The position numbers and the translations under genes are program-made. A stretch of DNA of 64,000 nt from Deferribacterales bacterium (lineage in GTDB: Bacteria; Chrysiogenota; Deferribacteres; Deferribacterales; Geovibrionaceae), in the NCBI GenBank assembly GCA_050253075.1, contig JBFWJS010000008.1, positions 24,874 to 88,873 of the forward strand, given 5' to 3'. This document shows positions 1-8,660 of this stretch, piece after piece. The notes under the pieces were generated by a model, which ran no database searches, was not told where the DNA came from, and was given only the letters and a program-made list of their open reading frames with translations. Each line of letters starts with the position of its first letter. The first letter of the stretch is position 1.

Positions 1-1106
1 CCTCTCTGGTGCAGAGCATAAACCTTACGTCTAATTACATAGTCGCCGTGGACATCCCCAGCGGGCTCTCGGGCGACACGCATAATATCATAGGCGAATG
101 TATCGACGCCGACCTTACGGTGACTTTTGCACGTCCGAAGTTCCCTCATGTGATGTATCCCGCAAGGGATATGTGCGGGGAAGTTGTCGTCACAGACATC
201 TCCATCCCCGACTTCGCAGTGGACGAGACGGACTGCAATGTTTTCCTGCTGAATGAAGACACCCTCCCCTGTACACCCGAGCGTGAGCCCGACAGCCACA
301 AAGGGCATTTCGGTCATGCTGTCATCATGGGCGGTTCCGAGGGGAAATCAGGTGCAGTCTTCATGGCTTCCCGTGCATGTGCAAGGTGCGGAGCCGGGCT
401 GACCACCACGGCAGTACCAAAAGAGCTCCTTTACGCCGCTGAGATAGTAAACCCTGAGATAATGTCCTTCGGCTTTACCTACGGGATTAAGAATGACGAC
501 AGCGAAACTATTTATGAATTTATAAAAAATAAATCTGTCCTCGCCATAGGCCCCGGCATAGATATTTCCGAAAAAGCTGAAAAGATGATCAACGAGATCA
601 TTAAGTACAGCTATGTCGACGGGCTCAAAATGGTAATTGATGCAGACGCTATAAATCAGCTGAACAAAGAGTCATTCAAATCATTAAAAGGCAGAGCGAT
701 ATTAACCCCGCATATAGGCGAGTTCGCCCGTCTGATAGGCAAAGATACCGAAACAGTTTTAGCCGAGCGCATAGAGCTCGCATCTGCTTTCGCATCGCAA
801 AATGAGATCGTGCTGGTGCTGAAAAGTGCCGACACCGTAATAGCCCTTCCGGACGGGAGCATATTCGTGAACATCACGGGATCGCCCGCACTGGCGAAGG
901 GCGGCAGCGGAGACTGCCTCACGGGGCTGATCGCCGGCTTTACAGCACAGGGATATGATCTGGACGAGGCGGCGTGCCTCGGAGTATACACCCTCGGACG
1001 CACGGCGGAGCTGATGAGCGAAGAGATGAACGAAAAATCTGTCCTGACGACAGACATCATAGAAAATATCTGGAAAACACTGGATGAGCTTGAAGAAAAC
1101 TCTTAA
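1..1106 (+). CDS. nnr: NAD(P)H-hydrate repair enzyme Nnr (epimerase/ADP-dependent dehydratase fusion), N-terminus outside window
   Basis: Frame is open to base 1. YjeF_C-type motifs are present: HKGHFGHAVIMGGSEGKSGA, TPHIGEFARL, GSPALAKGGSGDCLTG. Confidence 0.85.
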   Translation, partial: SLVQSINLTSNYIVAVDIPSGLSGDTHNIIGECIDADLTVTFARPKFPHVMYPARDMCGEVVVTDISIPDFAVDETDCNVFLLNEDTLPCTPEREPDSHKGHFGHAVIMGGSEGKSGAVFMASRACARCGAGLTTTAVPKELLYAAEIVNPEIMSFGFTYGIKNDDSETIYEFIKNKSVLAIGPGIDISEKAEKMINEIIKYSYVDGLKMVIDADAINQLNKESFKSLKGRAILTPHIGEFARLIGKDTETVLAERIELASAFASQNEIVLVLKSADTVIALPDGSIFVNITGSPALAKGGSGDCLTGLIAGFTAQGYDLDEAACLGVYTLGRTAELMSEEMNEKSVLTTDIIENIWKTLDELEENS

Positions 1107-1503
1107 GAACGAAAAAGATACCATAGCCTTCGCAAAAGAGATGTCAGACAAGCTGAAAGGCAGGGTCGTCCTTATGAACGGAACCCTCGGCGCAGGAAAG
1201 ACATTCTTTGTAAAATCCTATGCGGAGAACTTCGGATGCGGCGAAACAAGCAGCCCGACATTCACCATTCACCAGCGGTATGAAGGGGATATAACCATAC
1301 ACCACTTCGACCTTTATCGTCTGGAGAATATGGTCGAGCTGGAGAACATCGACTTCTGGGAATTTGTCGATTCGGGGGACACATGCTTCATCGAATGGGC
1401 AGACAGATTTAATCTTAAGGATGAGCTTGAAAAATATACCGAAATCACTATAACTGTAGATAGCCCGACAATGCGGACAGTGACCGTCACAAACGTCGGG
1501 TGA
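1084..1503 (+). CDS. tsaE: tRNA t6A37 threonylcarbamoyl-transfer ATPase TsaE (YjeE)
   Basis: 139 aa with P-loop GTLGAGKTFFVK. Overlaps the nnr stop by 23 nt. Confidence 0.85.
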   Translation: MSLKKTLKNEKDTIAFAKEMSDKLKGRVVLMNGTLGAGKTFFVKSYAENFGCGETSSPTFTIHQRYEGDITIHHFDLYRLENMVELENIDFWEFVDSGDTCFIEWADRFNLKDELEKYTEITITVDSPTMRTVTVTNVG

Positions 1504-1520
1504 GAAAGGAATAGATATAA

Positions 1521-1760
1521 ATGATGCTTTTAAAGCCTGAAATGTGCCCCTACTGCGGGGAGAAAACGCTGGAGGAGCTCCAGCCCACCGAGATAGTCGT
1601 AGACGAAATGCTCTGGACTATATACCACTATGAATGCCAGTTTTGCTCTGAAGTATTCGACAAGATAGTCCCCGAGGGAGAGATGCAGTATGACATCTTC
1701 TCCGAAGGTCTGGACTCTGACATTGACGAGGACGACAGTGAAAAAAGATTCGATAACTGA
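1521..1760 (+). CDS. small zinc-ribbon protein with acidic tail (hypothetical)
   Basis: 79 aa with CPYC...CQFC cysteine pairs and a C-terminal DSDIDEDDSE tail. Confidence 0.5.
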   Translation: MMLLKPEMCPYCGEKTLEELQPTEIVVDEMLWTIYHYECQFCSEVFDKIVPEGEMQYDIFSEGLDSDIDEDDSEKRFDN

Positions 1761-2010
1761 TATTTTAGAACACCTCAGCGAAGAAGAACTCAGCAGGATT
1801 ATGCTGCTGAAAAGCGGTCTGGAAGACCTCAATCTCATCCTTCAGGAGATAGAGGACACATACGAGACCCTCGCAGGCTTCGATCTTTCGGAAAAAGAGC
1901 GAAAGCACCAGAAGCTGCGCCTCCTCTCTCTGGAGAAATACATGGCTGAGCTGAATCAGAAGGTGAACAGCGCAATGGGCACCGACGAGGAAAAAAAGAA
2001 ACTATCCTGA
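1690..2010 (+). CDS. hypothetical charged-helical protein; start uncertain (1690 or ATG 1801), possibly the 3' part of a frameshifted gene with 1521..1760
   Basis: ORF in the +1 frame overlaps the previous ORF by 71 nt. It reads plausible helical sequence: DILEHLSEEELSRIMLLKSGLEDL. Confidence 0.35.
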   Translation: MTSSPKVWTLTLTRTTVKKDSITDILEHLSEEELSRIMLLKSGLEDLNLILQEIEDTYETLAGFDLSEKERKHQKLRLLSLEKYMAELNQKVNSAMGTDEEKKKLS

Positions 2011-2026
2011 CGGAGTAATTAGATAA

Positions 2027-4651
2027 ATGCAGAAAGAATACCCTACCAGAATCGATCCCCAAGAATTTGAATCCGAAATTTACAAGGAGTGGCTCGAAAA
2101 GAACTATTTTCATGCTGATGAAACAAGTGAAAAGCCGCCCTATTCTATAGTTATCCCGCCTCCGAACGTAACAGGCTCCCTCCACATGGGACACGCCCTG
2201 AACAACACGCTTCAGGACATCATGATACGCTTTCATAAGCTGAACGGATACGAGACAATGTGGATGCCCGGAATGGACCACGCAGGTATCGCCACACAAA
2301 ACGTAGTGGAAAAACTGCTCGCATCACAAGGCATCACACGCCATGACCTCGGCCGTGAAAAATTCATCGAAAGAGTATGGGAGTGGAAAGAGGAATCAGG
2401 CGGAGCCATCATCAACCAGCTCAAGCGCCTCGGATGTGCCTGCGACTGGGAGCGTGAGCGATTCACAATGGACGAGGGACTCAGCAAAGCCGTGCGTAAG
2501 GTATTCGTATCACTTTATAAAGAAGGGCTCATCTACCGCTCTAAGAACTATCTGGTGAACTGGTGCCCCAGATGCCACACCGCCCTCTCCGATCTTGAGG
2601 TCGAGCACGAGGAGATAGACGGAGCTTTCTATCACATCCTTTACCCTGTGAAGGACTCGGACTTCAAATTTGAAGTTGCTACAACAAGACCCGAAACAAT
2701 GCTCGGAGACAGCGCAGTAGCTGTACACCCCGAGGATGAAAGATATAAACACCTGATAGGTAAAACAGTAATACTGCCTATCATGAACCGTGAGATACCC
2801 GTCATAGCCGACGAATATGTCGATATGGAGCTGGGAACAGGCTGTCTGAAAGTGACACCTGCCCACGACCCGAACGACTTTAACCTCGGACACACACACG
2901 GTCTCCAGTTCATCAGTGTTATGGACGACAACGGATGCATAAACGCCGAAGGCGGAGAATTCGAAGGTCAGGACAGATATGAGGCAAGAAAAAACATCAT
3001 AGCGAAGATGGACGAGCTAGGACTCTTCGTTAAGAAAGTAGACCATAAACATCAGGTGGGCGGATGCTACAGATGTAAGACAACCATCGAGCCGAAGCTC
3101 TCCGACCAGTGGTTTGTAAAGATAAAGCCCCTCGCAGACGAAGCTGTTAAAGCTGTGGAAACAGGACAGATAAAACTGCTCCCCGAAACATGGCATAAGA
3201 CATTCTATAACTGGATGAACGACATCCACGACTGGTGCATCAGCCGTCAGATATGGTGGGGACACCGTATACCTGCATGGTACTGCGACGAATGCGGAGA
3301 GATAACAGTCGAGATGGAAGACCCTACAAGCTGTAGCAAGTGCGGCAGTAAAAACATCAGACAGGAAACCGACGTCCTCGACACATGGTTCTCGTCAGGT
3401 CTGTGGCCTTTCTCTACTCAGGGCTGGCCTGAGGACGACGCCACATTGAAAAAATTCTACCCTACTTCATGCCTTATCACAGGCTTCGACATCCTCTTTT
3501 TCTGGGTCGCCAGAATGATGATGTTCGGTCTGAAATTCATGGACGGCGTAGAGCCTTTCAAAGAGGTCTACCTCCACGCTCTCATCCGTGACAAAGACGG
3601 ACAAAAGATGAGCAAATCAAAGGGTAACGTCATCGACCCTCTGACAATGGTGGATAAATACGGTGCGGATGCATTCCGCTTCACCCTCGCCGCTTTCGCT
3701 GCACAGGGACGTGATATCAAGCTCGACGAGGCACGCATCGACGGCTACCGCAACTTTGTAAATAAGATATGGAACGCATCAAGGTTCATCCTCACAGGAT
3801 ACAACGGGCAGAAGCTCGAGAACTTTGACAACCTCGAGATAGAAGATAAATGGATACTCCAAAACCTGAAAGAGGCAGAGGAGAAGATATCCAAAGCGAC
3901 AAAGAACTATGACTTTAACGAAGCCGCAGGCGCCATATATTCATTCTTCTGGCATAAATTCTGCGACTGGTACATAGAGCTGATAAAGCCGAGAATATAC
4001 GACGAAAACCGCAAGGACAAGGCTCTCTCCGTGGCTGCATACGTTCTGGAGAACTCTCTGGTACTGCTCCACCCGTTCATGCCTTTCCTCACTGAATACA
4101 TCTATAAGCTGGTGACAGAGGAAGAATCAATCATGCTCGCCCAGTGGAAAAAGGTGGACTGTGACTTCGCATCCGAGAAAGGACAGCTCGATGAAGTTAT
4201 CGAGCTCATCAGCCTTATCAGAAACATCCGAGGCGAATACAACATCGCTCCATCGAAAGAGCTGACAGCTTTTGTCAAAACAGACAGAGCGGAAGTGAAG
4301 CAGTCCTTCGAGGCGAACAAAGCTATGATACTGAACATAGCCAGACTGGAAAAGATAGAGATGACAGACAGCACTGTCGACAAGGCCGCTTCGAACATCT
4401 CTACAGGTTTCGAGGTTTTTATCCCTCTTGAGGGGCTCGTAGATTTCGAAGCAGAGATACAGAAACTTAATAAAGAACTAAAGAAACTCGAAAAAGACCA
4501 TAACATATTCGGTGGTAAACTGAAAAATGAGAACTATCTCGCAAATGCAAAGCCTGAGATCATCGAAAAGGATAAAGCGAAATTTGCCGAGATAGACGAG
4601 AAACTCACAAAGGTCAAAGAGACAATAGAGAGGCTTTCAGGACTATGCTAA
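2027..4651 (+). CDS. valS: valine--tRNA ligase
   Basis: 874 aa with class I motifs PPNVTGSLHMGH and KMSKSKGN, and a C-terminal coiled coil. Confidence 0.97.
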   Translation: MQKEYPTRIDPQEFESEIYKEWLEKNYFHADETSEKPPYSIVIPPPNVTGSLHMGHALNNTLQDIMIRFHKLNGYETMWMPGMDHAGIATQNVVEKLLASQGITRHDLGREKFIERVWEWKEESGGAIINQLKRLGCACDWERERFTMDEGLSKAVRKVFVSLYKEGLIYRSKNYLVNWCPRCHTALSDLEVEHEEIDGAFYHILYPVKDSDFKFEVATTRPETMLGDSAVAVHPEDERYKHLIGKTVILPIMNREIPVIADEYVDMELGTGCLKVTPAHDPNDFNLGHTHGLQFISVMDDNGCINAEGGEFEGQDRYEARKNIIAKMDELGLFVKKVDHKHQVGGCYRCKTTIEPKLSDQWFVKIKPLADEAVKAVETGQIKLLPETWHKTFYNWMNDIHDWCISRQIWWGHRIPAWYCDECGEITVEMEDPTSCSKCGSKNIRQETDVLDTWFSSGLWPFSTQGWPEDDATLKKFYPTSCLITGFDILFFWVARMMMFGLKFMDGVEPFKEVYLHALIRDKDGQKMSKSKGNVIDPLTMVDKYGADAFRFTLAAFAAQGRDIKLDEARIDGYRNFVNKIWNASRFILTGYNGQKLENFDNLEIEDKWILQNLKEAEEKISKATKNYDFNEAAGAIYSFFWHKFCDWYIELIKPRIYDENRKDKALSVAAYVLENSLVLLHPFMPFLTEYIYKLVTEEESIMLAQWKKVDCDFASEKGQLDEVIELISLIRNIRGEYNIAPSKELTAFVKTDRAEVKQSFEANKAMILNIARLEKIEMTDSTVDKAASNISTGFEVFIPLEGLVDFEAEIQKLNKELKKLEKDHNIFGGKLKNENYLANAKPEIIEKDKAKFAEIDEKLTKVKETIERLSGLC

Positions 4652-5478
4652 GAGATAAACTGGTTCAGCTCGCACTGGAAGAAGATATTGGAACAGGCGA
4701 CCTCACCGCAAAGGCTTTCCGCAAGCAGAATAAGAGAGGCGTCTTCAAATATCTCGCAAAGGAAGACTTCATCCTCTGCGGTACAAAGACAGCCGAGATA
4801 GTTTTTAAAGAACTCGACAGCGATATAAAGGTCAAGTTCTATAAGGAAGACGGTGAACTCCTCAAAAAAGGCGAGTTCTTCGGCGAGGTAGAGGGACCGA
4901 TATATTCCATCCTCACAGGGGAACGCACATCGCTGAACTTCCTGCAGAGGCTCTCAGGCATCGCCACAGAGACGGCCAGCTATGTGAAAGAACTGGAAGG
5001 AACAGATATAAAGATACTGGACACACGTAAGACCACACCGGGCTGGCGTGTGCCTGAGAAATATGCCGTGCTCATCGGCGGAGGTCACAACCACCGCCTC
5101 GGACTCTTCGACGGCGTAATGCTTAAGGATAACCATATAGACGCCGCAGGCGGTATAAAGCAAGCCGTAGAGCTCGTTAAGCGCAACATCCCGAGCACCG
5201 TAAAGGTGGAGATAGAAGTGCGCAACCACGACGAAGTGCGTCAGGCTGTCGAAGCAGGCGCAGACATCATCATGCTCGACAACTTTGCCACAAAGGACAT
5301 CCAGCAGGCGATAGACATCATCGGCAAAAGAGCAAAGATAGAGATATCCGGAGGGATACGTAAAAACAACCTGAAGGACTACAAAGGGCTGGAGATAGAC
5401 TATATATCCGTCGGAGCCCTGACACACCAGTCCACCAGCGTGGACATAAGCCTGAAAATACAAAAGGATGAGATTTAA
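4645..5478 (+). CDS. nadC: nicotinate-nucleotide diphosphorylase (quinolinate phosphoribosyltransferase)
   Basis: 277 aa with ERTSLNFLQRLSGIAT and TRKTTPGWR motifs. Overlaps the valS stop. Confidence 0.9.
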   Translation: MLRDKLVQLALEEDIGTGDLTAKAFRKQNKRGVFKYLAKEDFILCGTKTAEIVFKELDSDIKVKFYKEDGELLKKGEFFGEVEGPIYSILTGERTSLNFLQRLSGIATETASYVKELEGTDIKILDTRKTTPGWRVPEKYAVLIGGGHNHRLGLFDGVMLKDNHIDAAGGIKQAVELVKRNIPSTVKVEIEVRNHDEVRQAVEAGADIIMLDNFATKDIQQAIDIIGKRAKIEISGGIRKNNLKDYKGLEIDYISVGALTHQSTSVDISLKIQKDEI

Positions 5479-6004
5479 ACAGTTATTTAATAAAAAGAGC
5501 ATACTGGTTTTCATCATTGTAGGGCTCAGTTTTCACATGCTTTACAAATACAGAGCAAATGTGAACGCCCTGCAGACAGGTCTTCCTGCGCCCAATTTCG
5601 AGCTGACCACTCTGGACGGGCAAAAGTTTGAGCTGCACGATTTTAACATCCCCGTCATGCTCGTTTTCCTTAATACCAGGACGCTGCTCTCGAGCTCGCT
5701 CTACCCTGACCTGATACTGAGGCGCATGCCCAGCCTGAAGCAGGTGGAGGCAAGCAATAAGGCTGGACTGATAGTCATATTAGACACTGATCAGACCTGT
5801 GAAGCGGTGGAAAAGAAATTAAGGTCAAAAAAGTATAAAATTCTTGAAAATGCTGTCTATTTAAGTAATATAGAACAGGCGTCTGAAATGTACGGTTTGT
5901 CAAGCTGGCCTCATTTCTTCTTAATAGACGCAGACCACACGATTGCTTATGAATCAAAAATACCGTCTTTAGAGCTTATAGACGCAATTCTGGAAGGGAG
6001 ATAA
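5468..6004 (+). CDS. membrane-anchored thioredoxin-fold (TlpA/redoxin-like) protein lacking CXXC
   Basis: N-terminal TM helix, then redoxin-like LPAPNFELTTLDGQKFEL..VMLVFLNT. The position where WCxxC is expected reads RTLLSSS. Confidence 0.6.
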   Translation: MRFKQLFNKKSILVFIIVGLSFHMLYKYRANVNALQTGLPAPNFELTTLDGQKFELHDFNIPVMLVFLNTRTLLSSSLYPDLILRRMPSLKQVEASNKAGLIVILDTDQTCEAVEKKLRSKKYKILENAVYLSNIEQASEMYGLSSWPHFFLIDADHTIAYESKIPSLELIDAILEGR

Positions 6005-6005
6005 A

Positions 6006-6965
6006 ATGCAGGATTTCTTTAACGTACAAGATATTCAAGATGAATATGACATAGTGATACTCGGTGCCGGCCCTGCGGGACTCACAGCTGCTATGTATGC
6101 CGCACGCGACAAACAGACAGTAGTAGTTCTGGAAAAACAGTTCCCCGGAGGATATGTCGCCATTACTGAATGGGTGGAGAACTACCCCGGATTTTTCGAC
6201 GGCATCATGGGTGCTGACCTTTCAGAAAAGTTTTATCAGCATGCTGTTAAATTCGGTGCACTCGTACGCAGCGGAAACGCCACAAAGATAGAGCTCGACG
6301 GCGAATATAAGATCGTCCACGTTGAAAACCGTGAGAAGCCTATCAGATGTAAATCTCTGATCATCACATTCGGCTGCGAACCTAAGAGACTCGACGTACC
6401 GGGAGAAAATAAATTCTACGGACGCGGCGTATCTTTCTGTGCCACATGCGACGGATCATTTTATAAAGAGCGTGAAGTAGCTGTTGTCGGAGGCGGAGAA
6501 TCCGCACTCGAAGAAGGCATGTACCTCACAAAATTCGCAAGCAAAGTGCACGTGATACACAGACGTGATCAGTTCCGTGCATCAAAGATCACTGCGGAAA
6601 GAGCAGAAGCTAACGAAAAAATGGATTTTATATATGATTCTGTGGTAGAATCAATAAATGGTGAGACAAAAGTCGAAAGTTTGACCTTAAAAAACCTGAA
6701 AACAGGTGAAACAAGCGAACTTAAGATAGACGGTCTCTTCATTTTCATCGGACAAACGGCTAAGACCGAACTTGTTCAGGGGATAGTCGACACAGACGAG
6801 TGGGGCTTCATCATCGCTGACGAATCTACTCAGACATCTGTTCCCGGTGTTTATGTTGCGGGGGATGTCCGTACCAAAGAGTACAGACAGATCACCACAG
6901 CCGTCAGTGACGGTACTGTCGCTGCCAAAAATGCCGAGAAATATATAAACGATAACTTTAGCTAA
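6006..6965 (+). CDS. trxB: thioredoxin-disulfide reductase
   Basis: GAGPAG FAD motif, redox-active CATCDG, GGGESA NADPH motif, 319 aa. Confidence 0.92.
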   Translation: MQDFFNVQDIQDEYDIVILGAGPAGLTAAMYAARDKQTVVVLEKQFPGGYVAITEWVENYPGFFDGIMGADLSEKFYQHAVKFGALVRSGNATKIELDGEYKIVHVENREKPIRCKSLIITFGCEPKRLDVPGENKFYGRGVSFCATCDGSFYKEREVAVVGGGESALEEGMYLTKFASKVHVIHRRDQFRASKITAERAEANEKMDFIYDSVVESINGETKVESLTLKNLKTGETSELKIDGLFIFIGQTAKTELVQGIVDTDEWGFIIADESTQTSVPGVYVAGDVRTKEYRQITTAVSDGTVAAKNAEKYINDNFS

Positions 6966-6982
6966 TAGCTACGGAGGAAGTC

Positions 6983-7366
6983 ATGAGACTGCTGTTAATC
7001 ACTGTTTTCGCTCTTTTACTCACATTCACCAGTGTTTTTGCGGAAACATCCGTCAGCAGGATAACCATGACGACCGGTGTTGAAAATATCGAACCTATCG
7101 ACTCTGCCACCGAGTTTAAAAACGACGTAGGCAGAGTCTTTTGTTTTACAGAGATAGCTACCGACAAATATCCCACGGAAGTGACACACATCTGGATCTA
7201 TGAAAAAAACATAGAGGCAGAGATAAAACTCCCGGTGAAATCCCCTAAATGGCGCACATACAGCTCAAAGGCTATCCTCCCCGAGTGGAGCGGTAACTGG
7301 AAAGTGGAAGTATACGCCGAAGACGGCAAGCTCATTGATTCAGTAGATTTCAAGATTCATGAATAA
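6983..7366 (+). CDS. exported DUF2914-like protein (hypothetical)
   Basis: Signal peptide, then a pattern recalled for DUF2914: VFCFTEI..THIWIY..WRTYSSK..GNWKVEV. Confidence 0.5.
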   Translation: MRLLLITVFALLLTFTSVFAETSVSRITMTTGVENIEPIDSATEFKNDVGRVFCFTEIATDKYPTEVTHIWIYEKNIEAEIKLPVKSPKWRTYSSKAILPEWSGNWKVEVYAEDGKLIDSVDFKIHE

Positions 7367-8177
7367 CACACCGCAGGTCTCCTTTGTCCCCACCCCTATA
7401 GGGAATCTGGGGGACATTACCAAACGCTCAGTCGAAACCCTCGAATCATGCGACATAATATTCGCAGAGGACACACGCACGGCTCGTTCGCTCATGTCTG
7501 CCCTCGATATTAAAAAGCCTGTGGAATCATACCATAAAGACAACGAGGCATCCGCCACGTCCAGAGTGATAAACGCCGTCAACGAAGGTAAGAAGGTCTG
7601 CATAATATCCGAAGCGGGCACACCATGCATAAGCGACCCAGGAAACACCCTCACAGCCTCTCTGGCGAAAGAAGGGATACGTTTCGAGGCGTTACCCGGT
7701 GCAGTGGCTTTTGTCCCTGCTCTGCTTATGTCAGGCTTCCCTGTGGAGAACTTTTACTTCCACGGCTTCCTGCCTCATAAAAAGAGCGATAAAAAGAAAG
7801 CTGCCGAAGCACTCACAAGCATGAACACGGTGATAGCCTTTTACGAGTCTCCCCACCGTGTGGTTGAAACCATCGAAATACTGCTGGAGATATTCCCTGC
7901 GCCGATCTTCTGCGCAAGGGAGATAAGCAAGATATACGAATCATCCTATTTCATCAACGATGCCGATGACATCAAAGAGATAACCCTTAAGGGCGAATTC
8001 GTACTGGCTGTGAATAACAGACACGAGGATTCATCCGCACCGTCCGACTGTGCCGAAACGGCTAAAAAGCTGATAAAGGCGGGATACGACGGAAAGGATG
8101 CCCTGAACATCTTAAAAGCTCTCGGGTATAAACGTAACGATGCCTACTCAGCGATACAGGATATTGTAAAATCCTGA
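7359..8177 (+). CDS. rsmI: 16S rRNA (cytidine1402-2'-O)-methyltransferase
   Basis: Tetrapyrrole-methylase fold start VPTPIGNLGDIT..IFAEDTR and DAGTPxISDPG-like EAGTPCISDPG. Confidence 0.88.
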   Translation: MNNTPQVSFVPTPIGNLGDITKRSVETLESCDIIFAEDTRTARSLMSALDIKKPVESYHKDNEASATSRVINAVNEGKKVCIISEAGTPCISDPGNTLTASLAKEGIRFEALPGAVAFVPALLMSGFPVENFYFHGFLPHKKSDKKKAAEALTSMNTVIAFYESPHRVVETIEILLEIFPAPIFCAREISKIYESSYFINDADDIKEITLKGEFVLAVNNRHEDSSAPSDCAETAKKLIKAGYDGKDALNILKALGYKRNDAYSAIQDIVKS

Positions 8178-8660
8178 TCCTATAAAGAAAGCTGTCGCCG
8201 CAACCACAAGCAGTGTCAGAAACCTTCTCTTCTTCCTTATGGACTTCGGCGTGACAGGGTCGAGAAAACACTCGACATTATCACAAACCTTTTCACGCAG
8301 GTATTCCACGAAGCCTTCGAAATCCTCATAAAGCGAAGATATGAAAACAAACTTCTGCGGGTCGGACAATATGAGTATTATCCTCCAGCGGAGCTTCACA
8401 ACTCCGATGTCTTCTATATCTGCGAGGTTAACGCTCTTTTTGCCGTATATGGTGGTCTGTGATATCTCTTCACCCTCGAGCTCTATCTTTTTGGATATGA
8501 GCACTATGAGGTTGAAAAGTATAAATACAACCACAACGAAACATACGGCAAGACCGCCCTTGCCCATGCCTGAGGCATATACAGAGAAAGTAAAAAACAA
8601 TGAAGCGATAAAAAGTAAAACTGTCAACGCTATCAAGCGCCTGTCAACCTTATAAACCAT
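8148..8660 (-). CDS. small integral membrane protein (hypothetical)
   Basis: 170 aa with two N-terminal and one C-terminal hydrophobic helices. Start overlaps the stop of the upstream TPR gene by 11 nt. Confidence 0.55.
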   Translation of the reverse strand: MVYKVDRRLIALTVLLFIASLFFTFSVYASGMGKGGLAVCFVVVVFILFNLIVLISKKIELEGEEISQTTIYGKKSVNLADIEDIGVVKLRWRIILILSDPQKFVFISSLYEDFEGFVEYLREKVCDNVECFLDPVTPKSIRKKRRFLTLLVVAATAFFIGSGFYNILYR

